Source: Paraspadella gotoi
Taxonomy: Eukaryota; Animalia; Chaetognatha
Assembly: GCA_051294375.1 (NCBI GenBank)
Contig: CM119270.1
Span: 20,916,417-20,980,331 of the forward strand
Direction of reading: 5' to 3'
DNA: 63,915 nucleotides
Position numbers and translations under genes: made by a program. The first letter of the stretch is position 1, and every line of letters starts with the position of its first letter. A model generated the notes under the pieces. The model made no database searches. It saw nothing but the letters and a program-made list of their open reading frames with translations, and was not told the DNA's origin. Below are positions 52,633 to 63,915 of this stretch, piece by piece.

Positions 52633-55031
52633 TCTCTCTGACTTTTCCCTCGGGACCAAAATCGGCATAAATCCGGTTTTTTTCAATTCACTACCAGAAT
52701 CGAAAGACGGAATAGGTTGAGGTTTTCTCAATCACAAAATTATATCACAAGATTTGAGTCATCTCTAGATAATGTAAGTAGTGAATGATCTCTGAATAAT
52801 TATTGTTAAAGTTTGTCTCGTAAGAAGCAATTGTGCTGGCAAATTTCTATAATCTTGCTCCTGACTTTGGACTGGCCATTTCAGAGTGATGTGAAAATGA
52901 TAAAATTTTAGAAAATTAAAATTTAGCATATAAAGACATGAACATAAAAACCAATAAAAATATTTGGTAAATTTATTTTTTAATTTTATAATTAGTGGGC
53001 ACCAATGAGCTATATTTATATATAGTAATAAGTATATAATAGGCTAAATTTCAAAATATAAATCTTTTAAATTTTAAGAATCGAATTTGGATTCCTTGCA
53101 AAAAGTTATTATAAGAAAGTACAATTCTTTTTTAAAAAATTCTTTCATTAAGTTAGTCCAAAATGTAAAAAACTATATTTAAGACGCCAAATTTAAATTT
53201 TCCAGCTTAAAAATATAGTTTTTTGTAATTTTAACCTACTTAATGACATAAATTTTTAAAAAAGAATTTATATTTTCTTTTACTAACTTTTAAACGAGGA
53301 ATCTGGATCTGTTCTCAGAATTTAAAAAAAACCATTTTGAAATTTTGACATTATATAAGGGTAGTACTATATACAAAAATAAGCTGACTGGGCTACTATA
53401 TTTATAAAAAAAGAAAAATAATTACAGATTAGTATTCACTAATATGATAGTTTTCAAGATATATAACTGCTAAATTTTGATTCCAAACTTTCACTTCACC
53501 TAACTGGCCATGATCGCTAAAGACCTTCCATCCCTTTTACAAGATAAAATAACAGCAGGACCCTGCTAGCTTTCTAGACAAGACTCTAAGACTGCTAGAG
53601 TGTAGTATTAACACTCAGAGCTCTCCCATCAATGAAAATTGTATAATATTTCAATGACCTGTTCAAATGTGGCAGAAATTAGCATATGAAATTCGTACAA
53701 CCAATATGATAATTATCCATCCTTTATTAAATAAAGCCTATCTGCACCCATAAATTGGAGATCCAGACTCTGTTCGTGGTTTAGGCTCTCCACGCCAATA
53801 TTTTATTATGCCATAATGAAAATTGCTTGAAATAAGTCAGATTCCATTTTGAAGAATCTTTGGATGCAATCGAGGGGAAATAAATCCGCTCTGAACCATT
53901 CGTCGCTTGTTGCGTTATCATGACATTTATAACTATGTTTAACAAACGTAGGAAAGACTTTTATTCTAAGATTTTTTCACTTAAAAAAATCCATTACTTA
54001 AGGGTTTGATTTCCCCTTTTTACGAGCATGAAAACAATTTTAAATATTGGTTTACTGTTCACTAACTTACTTGATTCATTCCATTATTATTCCCTCTCTC
54101 CCCCTTTTTTTAAAAGGCTCATTCTTGCCAGACTTATGTATGTATGTTTCGATGTATTGTTTTCTGTACTGATATCAACCTTGTTTGCATCGAATTAAAA
54201 CGCTATTTCAGTCTAAGATATTCGCATGGTCGTCTATTTTTTTCTCCGGAGTTCTAAATTAAGTCTCCAGCAGTTCTAATCAAGTCTTAGGAATATACTC
54301 TTAAGCTTTTTCCTCTTCTTTACATCGGATTTAACTAAGTACTAACTAGGTACTGAAGTTAACTCTTTATTTACAAGATGAAAATAATCAAGCAGGACCC
54401 TGCTAGCTTTCACCAAGACTCTAAGACGTGTAGAGTGTAGTTTATTAACACTGAGAGTCTCCCATCAATAAATTGTTTTATAATATTTCACATGAACCTG
54501 TCAATTAGTTTGTGTATATAGACCACTCGCTTAAATATTAGATCGGGGAATATATATTGTTACTCCGCCCAGCATCAAAATACAAGGGCTGAATTTATGA
54601 AATTGGTAAGAACCAATATGAACTTGAATTGATAGTATTAGATACTATAAACTGCACCAAAGCTGCACAAATACACAAGCAGCGAGAAACTAGTACAACC
54701 TATAAAATTGAAACTTTTTAATTGGAGGAGTTTCAAGATACATGGGAGGAATCAATATGGACGACCACATTTACTTTTCAACAAAAACCAAAAAAAGGAA
54801 ACCGAATTTCCACACTTTTTTTGTTTCGCGTTAAGGCATTCGGTTTCCTTCCTTTGGAAACAATTCTGGACGTCAGATCTGCTGCGAAGTTTTATGAAAT
54901 AAAACCCGAGAGAGTTTGTAACCTGATCGTAGTGACTGCAGATTTTCTCCGTCGGGCCCCTTTTTACCAGATTTCTCTCGGCGCACAACCTCAATTATCG
55001 GTTTGCCGTTTTCATCTCTCTCTCTCTCTCT

Positions 55032-55088
<57 letters not shown>

Positions 55089-57228
55089 TCTCGCTCTCTG
55101 AGGCTAAATCGTTTAAATGAATGAGTCCAGTCTCAGCGTCTAATGACAGATCATCGTCCCGGACGCTTTTAAACGCATTTTCCAGCGCATTAGAGCGACG
55201 AGAGAGTAGAGAGAGAGAGAGACGTGAGGATGAGAGGAGAGAGAGAGAGAGAGAGAGAAGACTTGAGAGAGAGGAGAGAAGAGAGAGAGAGAGATTGACA
55301 GAGAGAGAGAGGAGAAGAGAGAGAGAAGAGAAGAGACCGAGAGAGATTCCCACTCGGGAAACAAAAGACGCAGATAGGGCAGGACTGCGCGCACATTTTT
55401 GTCATAACCCCCAGGGGGAGTTTTTTCTCTTTGTTTCGCCAGCGAACGCCCCCTTATTTCATAGAATGCATCGTGTTTCCTTATTGTCGATAAGGCTAAA
55501 GCGACGCGGGCGACTGGGGGCAAACTGGGGGCAACGAGGGGGCAGGTGCCTCCGTACCGGTGGTGCGGGACGAAGACACCTTCCTTGATTAGGGAACAGT
55601 GTGTAGCGGATCTTTGGTTCAACTATATTCCATCTTATATGTGAATATAAATTCGCACGTCTAAATTATCCATTAAAAATATCCAACTCAATTCACTCGA
55701 AATTCCATTTCCAATTTTTCTTATTTTTTGTTATTGTATGAGTAATGTAGATATGTGTCCGAAAGATCTAAAAGACTGAAGTAGAGAAAAATGGCACTCT
55801 CGGCTTGTCTGAATGGCAGTTCTTTTTGCTTGCATTACTTAAGTGAAATACTGATCATAATTGGTATGTTTCATTTTAATTTAACCTCTAATAACTATCT
55901 GGTGTATTCGTATATCGTCGCCTCATTCCCTCAATGCTTCAAAACGCCCGGTTATCATTTATCATTTTATCATTTCGGTGTAATCGCAAGATTGTTATGT
56001 CGCACAATATTTCATCAAAAATAAAACAATTGTCAGTGATTGTCCATAAGTCCATATGTACATTGGCTAGAAACGGACAAAGTAATATGTTACAACCAAG
56101 CTCGTGTCAAATGTGAAGGGAACATGACTTATTTCTTTTACTTTTTCGATACGAACGTAACGAGAAGTCGACAGTTACCTTTCCGAAGTAAAATGCTTGG
56201 CATTTTTTTGTGATTAGAATGCTGGGACATTTCTTGAGGTTCTCTCTCTCTCTCTCTCTCTGACTTTTCCCTCGGGACCAAAAATCGGCATAAATCCGGT
56301 TTTTTTCAATTCACTACCAGAATCGAAAGACGGAATAGGTTGAGGTTTTCTCAATCACAAAATTTATATCACAAGATTTGAGTCATCTCTAGATAATGTA
56401 AGTAGTGAATGATCTCTGAATAATTATTGTTAAAGTTTGTCTCCGTAAGAAGCAAACATTTCATTGTGCTGGCAAATTTCTGGCGCCCGCCCTTATATGC
56501 GAATTGTCAATAAAAAAATCTATCTTGCTCCTGACTTTGGACTGGCCAGTGGCCATGATCGCTAAAGACCTCCATCCCTTTTACAAGATAAAATAACAGC
56601 AGGACCCTGCTAGCTTTCTACCAAGACTCTAAGACTGTAGAGTGTAGTTTATTAACACTCAGAGCTCTCCCATCAATGAAATTGTATAATATTTCAATGA
56701 CCTGTTCAATTGTTTGTAAAGACCACTCGCTTAAGTATTAGATCGGGGAATATATATTGTACTCCGCCCAGCATCAAAATGCAAGGAGCTGAATTTTATG
56801 AAATTGGTAAAACCAATATGAACTTAATTGATTAGTATTAGATAGCTATAACTGCACCCTAGCGACAAAATACAAGCAGCGGAAACTAGTACAACCTATA
56901 AAATTGAAACTTTTTAATGGTAGAGTTTCAAGATACGTGGGAGGAATCATATGACGACCACATTTACTTTTCAACAAAAACCAAAAAAAGGAAACCGAAT
57001 TTCCCACTTTTTTTTTCGGTTAAGGTCATTCGGTTTCCTTTCCTTTGGAAACAATTCTGGACGTCAGATCATGTGGAACGTTTTATGAAATAAAACCCGA
57101 GAGAGTTTGTAACCTGATCGTAGTGACTCTAGATTTTTCCGTCGGCCCCTTTTTACCAGTTTCTCTCGGCGGCACAACCTCAATTATCGGTGCCGTTTTC
57201 ACTCTCTCTCTCTCTCTCTCTCTCGCCT

Positions 57229-57285
<57 letters not shown>

Positions 57286-57399
57286 CTCTTGAGGCTAAAT
57301 CGTTTAAATGAATGAGTCCAGTCGTCAGCGTCTAATGACAAGATCATCGTCCCGACGCTTTTAAACGCATTTTCCAGCGGCCTAGAGCGACGAGAGAGT

Positions 57400-57469
<70 letters not shown>

Positions 57470-58412
57470 AGAAAGGGATGAGGATAGAGAGAGGAGAGAA
57501 GAAGAGAGAGGAGAGAGAGATTCCAAGAACATCAGAACTGGAACAAAAAAGGACGCAGATAGGAGGATGCGCGCACATTTTTTGTATAACCACCCCCCAG
57601 GAGGAGAGTTTGTTCTCTCCTTTGTTCTCCTGTACTATGGATCAGCGAACGAAAGACCCCCCTTTACTTTTAGATGGCATCGTGTTTCCTTTATTTGTCG
57701 ATCGATAAGGCTAAAAGCTGACGGCGGGGCGACTGGGGGCAACGGGGGGCAACGAGGGGCAGGTGCCTCCGTACCGGGTGCGGGGACGAATACACCTCCT
57801 TGATTAGGGAACAGGTGTGTAGCGGATCTTTGGTTCAACTATATTCCATCTTAATTTGAATATAAATTCCGTCTAAATTTCCATTAAAATTCCAACTCAA
57901 TTTCATCGAAATTCCATCTCAATTTTTCTGTATTTTTTGTTTGTAGAGAATTCGTAGATATTGTCCGAAAGGATCTAAAACTTGTAGAAAATGCACTCTC
58001 GGCTTGTTGAATGCAGTTTCTTGTTTCTTGATTACTTAAGTAATACTTGATTCATAATTGGTTTTTCATTTTTAATTTAACCTCTAATAATCTATCTGGT
58101 ATTCGTATATCGTCTGCCTCATTCCCTCAATTCTTCAAAACGCCGGTTATCATTTATCATTTATCATTTCGTATCGCAAGATTGTATTGTCACAATATTC
58201 ATCAAAAATAAACAATTGTCAGTGATTGTCCATAAGTCCATATGTACATTGGCTAGAAACGGACAAAGAATATTGTCAACCAAGCTCGTGTCAAAATGTG
58301 AAGGGAAAGACTTATTTCTTTCTTTTTCGATACGAACGTAACGAGGAATGTCGACGTTCCTTTCCGATAGAATGTTGGCATTCTTTTGGATAGAATGCTG
58401 GAATTCTTGAGG
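50904..58412. repeat. Mosaic of direct duplications: 50904-51540 vs 53676-54366; 52642-52878 vs 56260-56548; 54371-56240 vs 56581-58412
   Basis: Colinear near-identity with dense 1-bp indels, consistent with uncollapsed reads or haplotypes. Confidence 0.88.
52873..53510. mobile_element. AT-rich foldback element bounded by TGGCCA, absent from the duplicate copy
   Basis: Imperfect palindrome centred near 53190, with ends TGGCCA..GTGATGTGAAA and TTTCACTTCAC..TGGCCA. The duplicate has only TGGCCAGTGGCCA at 56543-56555. Confidence 0.7.
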
Positions 58413-58920
58413 TTAGAAAGTTGACATTATTCAGGTTCGATCGAGAAGGCACGTTAGAATTCTCGACAACGAAAACACAGAGTTAAAAAAACAACAACGA
58501 ATAAGAGAGAAAACGTGTAACAATGTTAGACTCTTTGTTTTTTTTATAAAAACGTAATAACGTAGAAAACAAGATATTTTGTTTTTTTTAACAGCGTTTA
58601 AAGTAATAAAAATGATATAAACGTAACGATAATGTACTTTTTTGTCTGTTACATATAAAACATGTCAACGAATTAACGAAGCAAAAATTAGCAGAGTTCC
58701 GTAACAGAAGTTAGCAACGATAACCTTTTGTTTTTCCTGTGTTTTATTAGAATCACAATATGAGCAGAGTAAGCGGTGGTCTATTATTAAAGTATAAAAA
58801 AAACATATTTTACTAATGAAACGTCATAAAACTTTCGAATATTTCTGGAGGCATTGTAAAAGTGTTCGCAATAAAAAAAAGTGACTTGTTCTCGGCCTCG
58901 TTCTCGATATATTTTAAAGT

Positions 58921-61014
58921 TCAAAATGGCCGCCAGAGGGACTGCTTGTCGCTCAAATTGTCGGCCGCCGCCGAAGCCGAGGAGTAACTCTTCTTTGGCG
59001 GCAGCGGGTAAGGATGATGAAGGTGAGGATGACCCGACCCGCCCCGACTTTGTCCCACGACTCGTCCGAACCCGAACTCGGGAGCGGGCGAGGCTCTCGA
59101 CGACGAAGGAGCGGGGCCTTGTCCGACCGAGCCGTGTCCGATGGGCGCGGATTCGGCAAAGGCCGCGGGCGAGACGCTCTTGGCCGAGTAAGGCGGCGTG
59201 AGAGGCTCGGCCTTGACCGAATAGAAGGACCCGAAAGGTCGACCGGGGGAAAGCGACCCTTCCGAAGAGACTGGGGAATGATGAGCCGACGACGATGGAG
59301 ACGACGACGAGGAAACGGGAGAAATGGCGGGAGGCGGACAAAAGACGCTGACGGGAATTCGGGCGGAGGCTGAGGACCCAGTGGAGAGATTGACTGGCGA
59401 AGGAGTTGATGAAGAAGGAGGTGGACAAGAGACTGGAGAGATTGGCCGAATGGGCGGAGAGTACGGAGATTCTCCGCGCTGCAGCAGCATTTGCTGGTGC
59501 TGTTGTTGCAGTTCGAATCGGGACGGAAAGCGGCTGGATTGCGGCTGCTGAGCGGCGGCTGCGGCAGCCACGGCGGCGGCGTGCTCCCGCGCCAAAACGT
59601 AGGACGGAACGCCGGCGACGGCGGGATTGTTCTTGAGAGACGCCGCCAAGGAGGCGGCGGCGGCGGCGGCGCTGCCGGGTTCTAGAGACGGAGCGGCGCC
59701 CTGCGGCGTTGGACGAATGGGCGCCGGCTGCAGCAGCGTCGCCTTTTGCTGCGGCGTGAGCGGCTGCTGCTGAGAAGGCGCTGCAGCGGCCGAACTCTTG
59801 GTCGAGATCGGCGAGAATTGATGCTGTTGCGGCTGCTGTTGAGGAATCTGCTGCTGTTGCTGCTGTTGCACCGCTGCCGCCTGCGACAGCGATTCGATGC
59901 AGTGCGCCAGGTGCGAGAGCATCCGCGCGCGCAGCTCGTGGGAGATGCCGTCGACGGATGTCAAGTAGCGCGTGACTTCGCCAGCGCATTCAGTGAATCC
60001 AAGGCGATACTTGTTGATCACCGAAGGATCTTGCTGCACGGCCGACTGCATGCGTTGTCTTTGGAGGCCGCGGAGATACCGGACGGTCATCTCCAGGATG
60101 TCCGCTTTTTCCATCTTGGAGGCCTGGGCGTTCTGAAGGAGGGGAGAGAGAGGAAAGAAAAGAATTAGGTTGGTTACGTTTGCTTATTAATAAGTATTAA
60201 TAAATATTCGTAAGAAATAATAATGAGGTTATTGTATAGATGAATCAACTAGGATGTAAAAATGTTATCATTGTCGTCATAGTACTCATAGTAGATCAGT
60301 CATAGTGAGTCATAGTTTTAAATTCCTCTTCCTCCTCCTCTTCCTTTCTTAATAGTTCCTTCTCTTTTTCGTTCCTTCCTTTCCCTAAAAAATAAAATCT
60401 GCAACAGTTTTTTTCCTATTTTTTTCCTCCTTTGAAAAAAAGGATAACAAAGAATTCCTTTTTATTTTTTTTTTAGGACGGGGATTAATTGAGGGGCTGA
60501 AAGAGGGGGAGGTGGGATTTTGGGGGTCGATTGGGGGTTGGAAAGGGGTGCTCAAGGTGGGTCTAAAAGGGGAGGTGGAAGAGGCCCGACTTGGAAACAA
60601 ACGAAGCCTTTTTTTTCTCGCAAGAAAAATCGAAGAAAAAAAATCAGGGAAGGTTGGGGGGGTGGGGCTGTTAAGACGAGCATTGGCCGTCAGGGGGGGA
60701 AAGCGTTATACGTCGTTCTTGACGGAAGAGAGAGATGGAAAAATAGAGAAGTATAAAAATAGAAAAGTAGAAATAGAGAAGAAGAAATATAAAATATAAA
60801 TAAATGAGCAAAAAGAAATAAAATAATTATATCCTGTACAGAAAGTAAGACCAAAAAAAAAAAGAAAAAAAAAGGGGGTGGCAGGGATCGAATACCCGGA
60901 ATGAACGACGACAATCAAACCCCGCACGCCTCCCCCACAGTTTGTGTGTGTGTGGTGTGTGTATGTGTGTGAAGGAACGCGTCTCCTTCTTGGCCGGCTG
61001 GAAAGGGGCCCGGC

Positions 61015-61065
<51 letters not shown>

Positions 61066-61068
61066 AGA

Positions 61069-61103
<35 letters not shown>

Positions 61104-61203
61104 AGGAGGGCACCGGTTGGGGTCGGCTCTTGTCCGCCGGTTGGCGACCGACGAAAAAAAAAAAGGAAGACTCGTGACTCAGGGATCCACGATGATCGTC
61201 CCG

Positions 61204-61243
<40 letters not shown>

Positions 61244-61687
61244 ATGGCCCCGGGACCGTGGGAAAGGAGAGAGAGAGCGAGAGGCTTCTTATCTGTTGAT
61301 TAACACGAGACGACGACTCCAGAAAGAAAAAAAAAAGAGGGAATAAAAAAAGAAAGAAAATAATTTTAGTAAAAGAAAAAAAAAATTGAAAAAGGAAAAT
61401 AAATTCGAAGGGAAAGGCTTATGGCGCGAGCCGCCGGAGGGAGGAGGAGAAAGAGCGTAGGTTTTAAAGGGGAGGAGGAAGAGGGGGGAGGAAAAAAAAA
61501 GGATTTCTTTTAATTTCTTTCTTTTTCTTTCTTTCTTTCTCCGATTCAGGTGGTGAAAATTATTCAAGGATAAGAAACTTTTTTTTTCTGGTGAAGGGGG
61601 GCGGGACGAGGGGGGGAGGATATTATTCCTGTGAGAAGAGAAACCTCTAGAGAGAATTTAGTCTGAGAAAGTTTTGAGTCAAAGAAA

Positions 61688-61779
<92 letters not shown>

Positions 61780-62050
61780 AGGATAATGATTGAAAGAGGA
61801 AAAAGGGAAATCGAAAAGGATGTAGAGAAAATAAATAAAAACTAATACTTAATATTAGTAATAGAATTAATTGTAATAGTACAGAGTAGAGAGGAAAAAC
61901 CCACTTAAACAATTAAGTAACTTAAAAAAAAAAATAAAAGGGCGACCCAGAAACTATATCGAGGAAAAAAATCCCTTGATTAATTAGACGAAGAACTTTT
62001 AAAAAAAATGGTCCCGGGGAGGGATTTTTTGTTTATTTAAATGGGAAGAA

Positions 62051-62127
<77 letters not shown>

Positions 62128-63207
62128 CTTGGACCTCTTGAATGGATTCAAAGTCTGATTCGGTGGAAACGAAGAACCGATCCAAGAAAAAAATAGGAAA
62201 AAAATACCATAAATTAAATTTTTTTTTTTTTTTAATTGCCGCTTTTTTTTTATTTATTATTAGATTTAGATCATGTATTCAGGGTGGCCAATTTGCTCTT
62301 TACCACAAATCAATGACCCCAAAACCTCAAATAAAAAAGAATTTTCGATTTTTGTTTAAACTCTTTTTTACTTCCGGGGAAAAAACTAAAATGCTGAAGT
62401 CAAGTTATTGTCGGGAAATGTGAACCATCATAACTTGGAACAAATGGTCTTTATCACCGTCATGACACAGTCTTTATCACTGTCACGAGCTTGTCATTTG
62501 TTTGAAGACTTTAAGAGTTCGTTTACATTTGTTAAGGGGCCCCCGTCATATCTGAGAAGTCTTTTGTCATTCTCGTCAATATTTATGAAATCGATAGATA
62601 ATCTTAAAAAAAACGATAACTAAAAATAGTCTCGGGATTCTACTCACGTCTTTTTTCATGGTGTCCAGCAAAATGGCCTTCAATTCGGACAAGCAATTGT
62701 TGATTCTTGCTCTTCGTCTTTTCTCCATCAAAGGTTTCGTGCTCTGGGTTTTTAAGGGAAGAGAGAGAGACATAATTAGTACAGACCGGAAAAACTTCTT
62801 TTTTTTTTTGCTTCTTTCCTTCCTCAGATAAATTGAATCTAATTTAAGTGCTTAAAATGCGGTAAAGACCTTTAGTAGTTTTTATCATTGCTTCGCTGGT
62901 TAATTGCCGTATTAAAAGTTAAACGATAAAAAAGAGGACAAAAAAATTAAACTTTGTATCTAATTGAGCCCGANNNNNNNNNNCGCCATTTTTTTCATTT
63001 AGCCAACTAGTTTTTTTTTCGTTCTCGCGATAATTAAGCTCATCTTTTTGTCAAAGTTTTGACTAAAGAAAAACATAAGATCAAATTAAATCCGCAAGTT
63101 TTTTTTTTTTGTATAATTTAAATACATTTTAGGTTAAAAGCTGGAAAACTTACTTTTCTGTAGTTGGAGTTGGCGGCCGACGAGGGTGATTTTTCCGAGG
63201 AGGGCAT
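58921..63207 (-). CDS. hes: Hairy/Enhancer of split (HES1/hairy-like) bHLH-Orange transcriptional repressor, 453 aa; exons 63207-63154, 62743-62648, 60132-58921
   Basis: [18 protein letters not shown] | [32 protein letters not shown] | [20 protein letters not shown]. Basic-region proline, Orange domain [17 protein letters not shown]...[10 protein letters not shown]-terminal WRPF. Both introns are phase 0 and canonical GT-AG, with a 96-nt exon 2. Confidence 0.96.
61015..61309. promoter_or_regulatory. Candidate intronic enhancer of the HES gene (1 CSL site, 3 N-boxes, AP-1 site)
   Basis: CACGAG at 61015 and 61304, and its reverse complement at 61171. CGTGGGAA at 61257. TGACTCA at 61175. Confidence 0.45.
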
Positions 63208-63614
63208 TTTGGAAGGTCGGGTGAGTTTTGATCGGGAGAAAAGTAAGTTTGGATCGCCGTCGATCGTATTAAGGAGGTGAGGAGTTTTTGTAATCCAAGC
63301 CTTCGTCAAAATAAAGTTTCAAGTTTTCGAGATTAGCGAGACAGAGAGTGAGAGAGTGATTTTTTTTTTNNNNNNNNNNNNNNNNNNNNNNNNNNNNNNN
63401 NNNNNNNNNNNNNNNNNNNNNNNNNNNNNNNNNNNNNNNNNNNNNNNNNNNNNNNNNNNNNNNNNNNNNNNNNNNNNNNNNNNNNNNNNNNNNNNNNNNN
63501 NNNNNNNNNNNNNNNNNNNNNNNNNNNNNNNNNNNNNNNNNNNNNNNNNNNNNNNNNNNNNNNNNNNNNNNNNNNNNNAGAAAGAGAGAGAATGAGACAA
63601 AGAGAGACAGAGAC

Positions 63615-63770
63615 GGAATGCGAGGGGACGAGTTCGTCGTCAGCATTTTATACTCGAGCGACGCGTGGGAACGAAAACTCGGCCGAGATGCTGTTGATCT
63701 TCGGAGGAGGAGGAAGAGAAGAAGGATAAGTAAAGGGAGGAGGAAGAGGACGAGAGAGAGAAGGAAGTGT

Positions 63771-63808
<38 letters not shown>

Positions 63809-63829
63809 ATTGGATTTCGTCCGTGGGAA
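63615..63829 (-). promoter_or_regulatory. HES proximal promoter: TATA box, Inr-like site, CCAAT box, two CSL/Su(H) sites, class-C site
   Basis: Minus strand: TATAAAA 63652-63646, GCATTC near 63619, CCAAT 63813-63809, CACGCG 63667-63662. CGTGGGAA on + at 63664 and 63822. Confidence 0.7.
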
Positions 63830-63915
63830 AGGCGACCTTCCTCTCGACGCACGCATGCCCGGGGAAACTTGAAGACGGCAGGCCGCCCCGATAATAACTC
63901 CTCTTCCTCCTCATC

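Noticed and set aside
58787-60168. 400-aa and other ORFs overlapping HES exon 3
   Set aside because: Alternative-frame or antisense shadows of a GC-rich coding exon.

Overview
Eukaryotic DNA, probably from a bilaterian invertebrate: AT-rich, full of (GA)n and (GAC)n microsatellites, with several N-gaps and error-rich duplicated blocks that look like a draft long-read or haplotype mis-assembly. Three spliced genes can be reconstructed by eye. (1) The 3' end of a calsyntenin gene (+, 12399-14378). (2) A divergent synaptophysin-like MARVEL tetraspan protein with a long N-terminus (+, 16699-20591). (3) A complete 3-exon hairy/HES bHLH-Orange repressor (-, 58921-63207, 453 aa) ending in WRPF rather than WRPW, with a TATA promoter and clustered CSL/Su(H) and HES-binding sites. 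The ~38 kb between genes 2 and 3 holds MITEs/foldbacks, a solo LTR, a degenerate Ty3/gypsy element, minisatellites, an Asp/Glu-coding repeat and a ~14 kb apparent inverted repeat that is most likely a flipped second haplotype. Two Penelope-type hammerhead ribozyme relics are also visible. I found no convincing evidence of a wholly new biological system. The best leads are the WRPF-HES with its regulatory architecture, the headless calsyntenin, the unusual MARVEL protein and the hammerheads.
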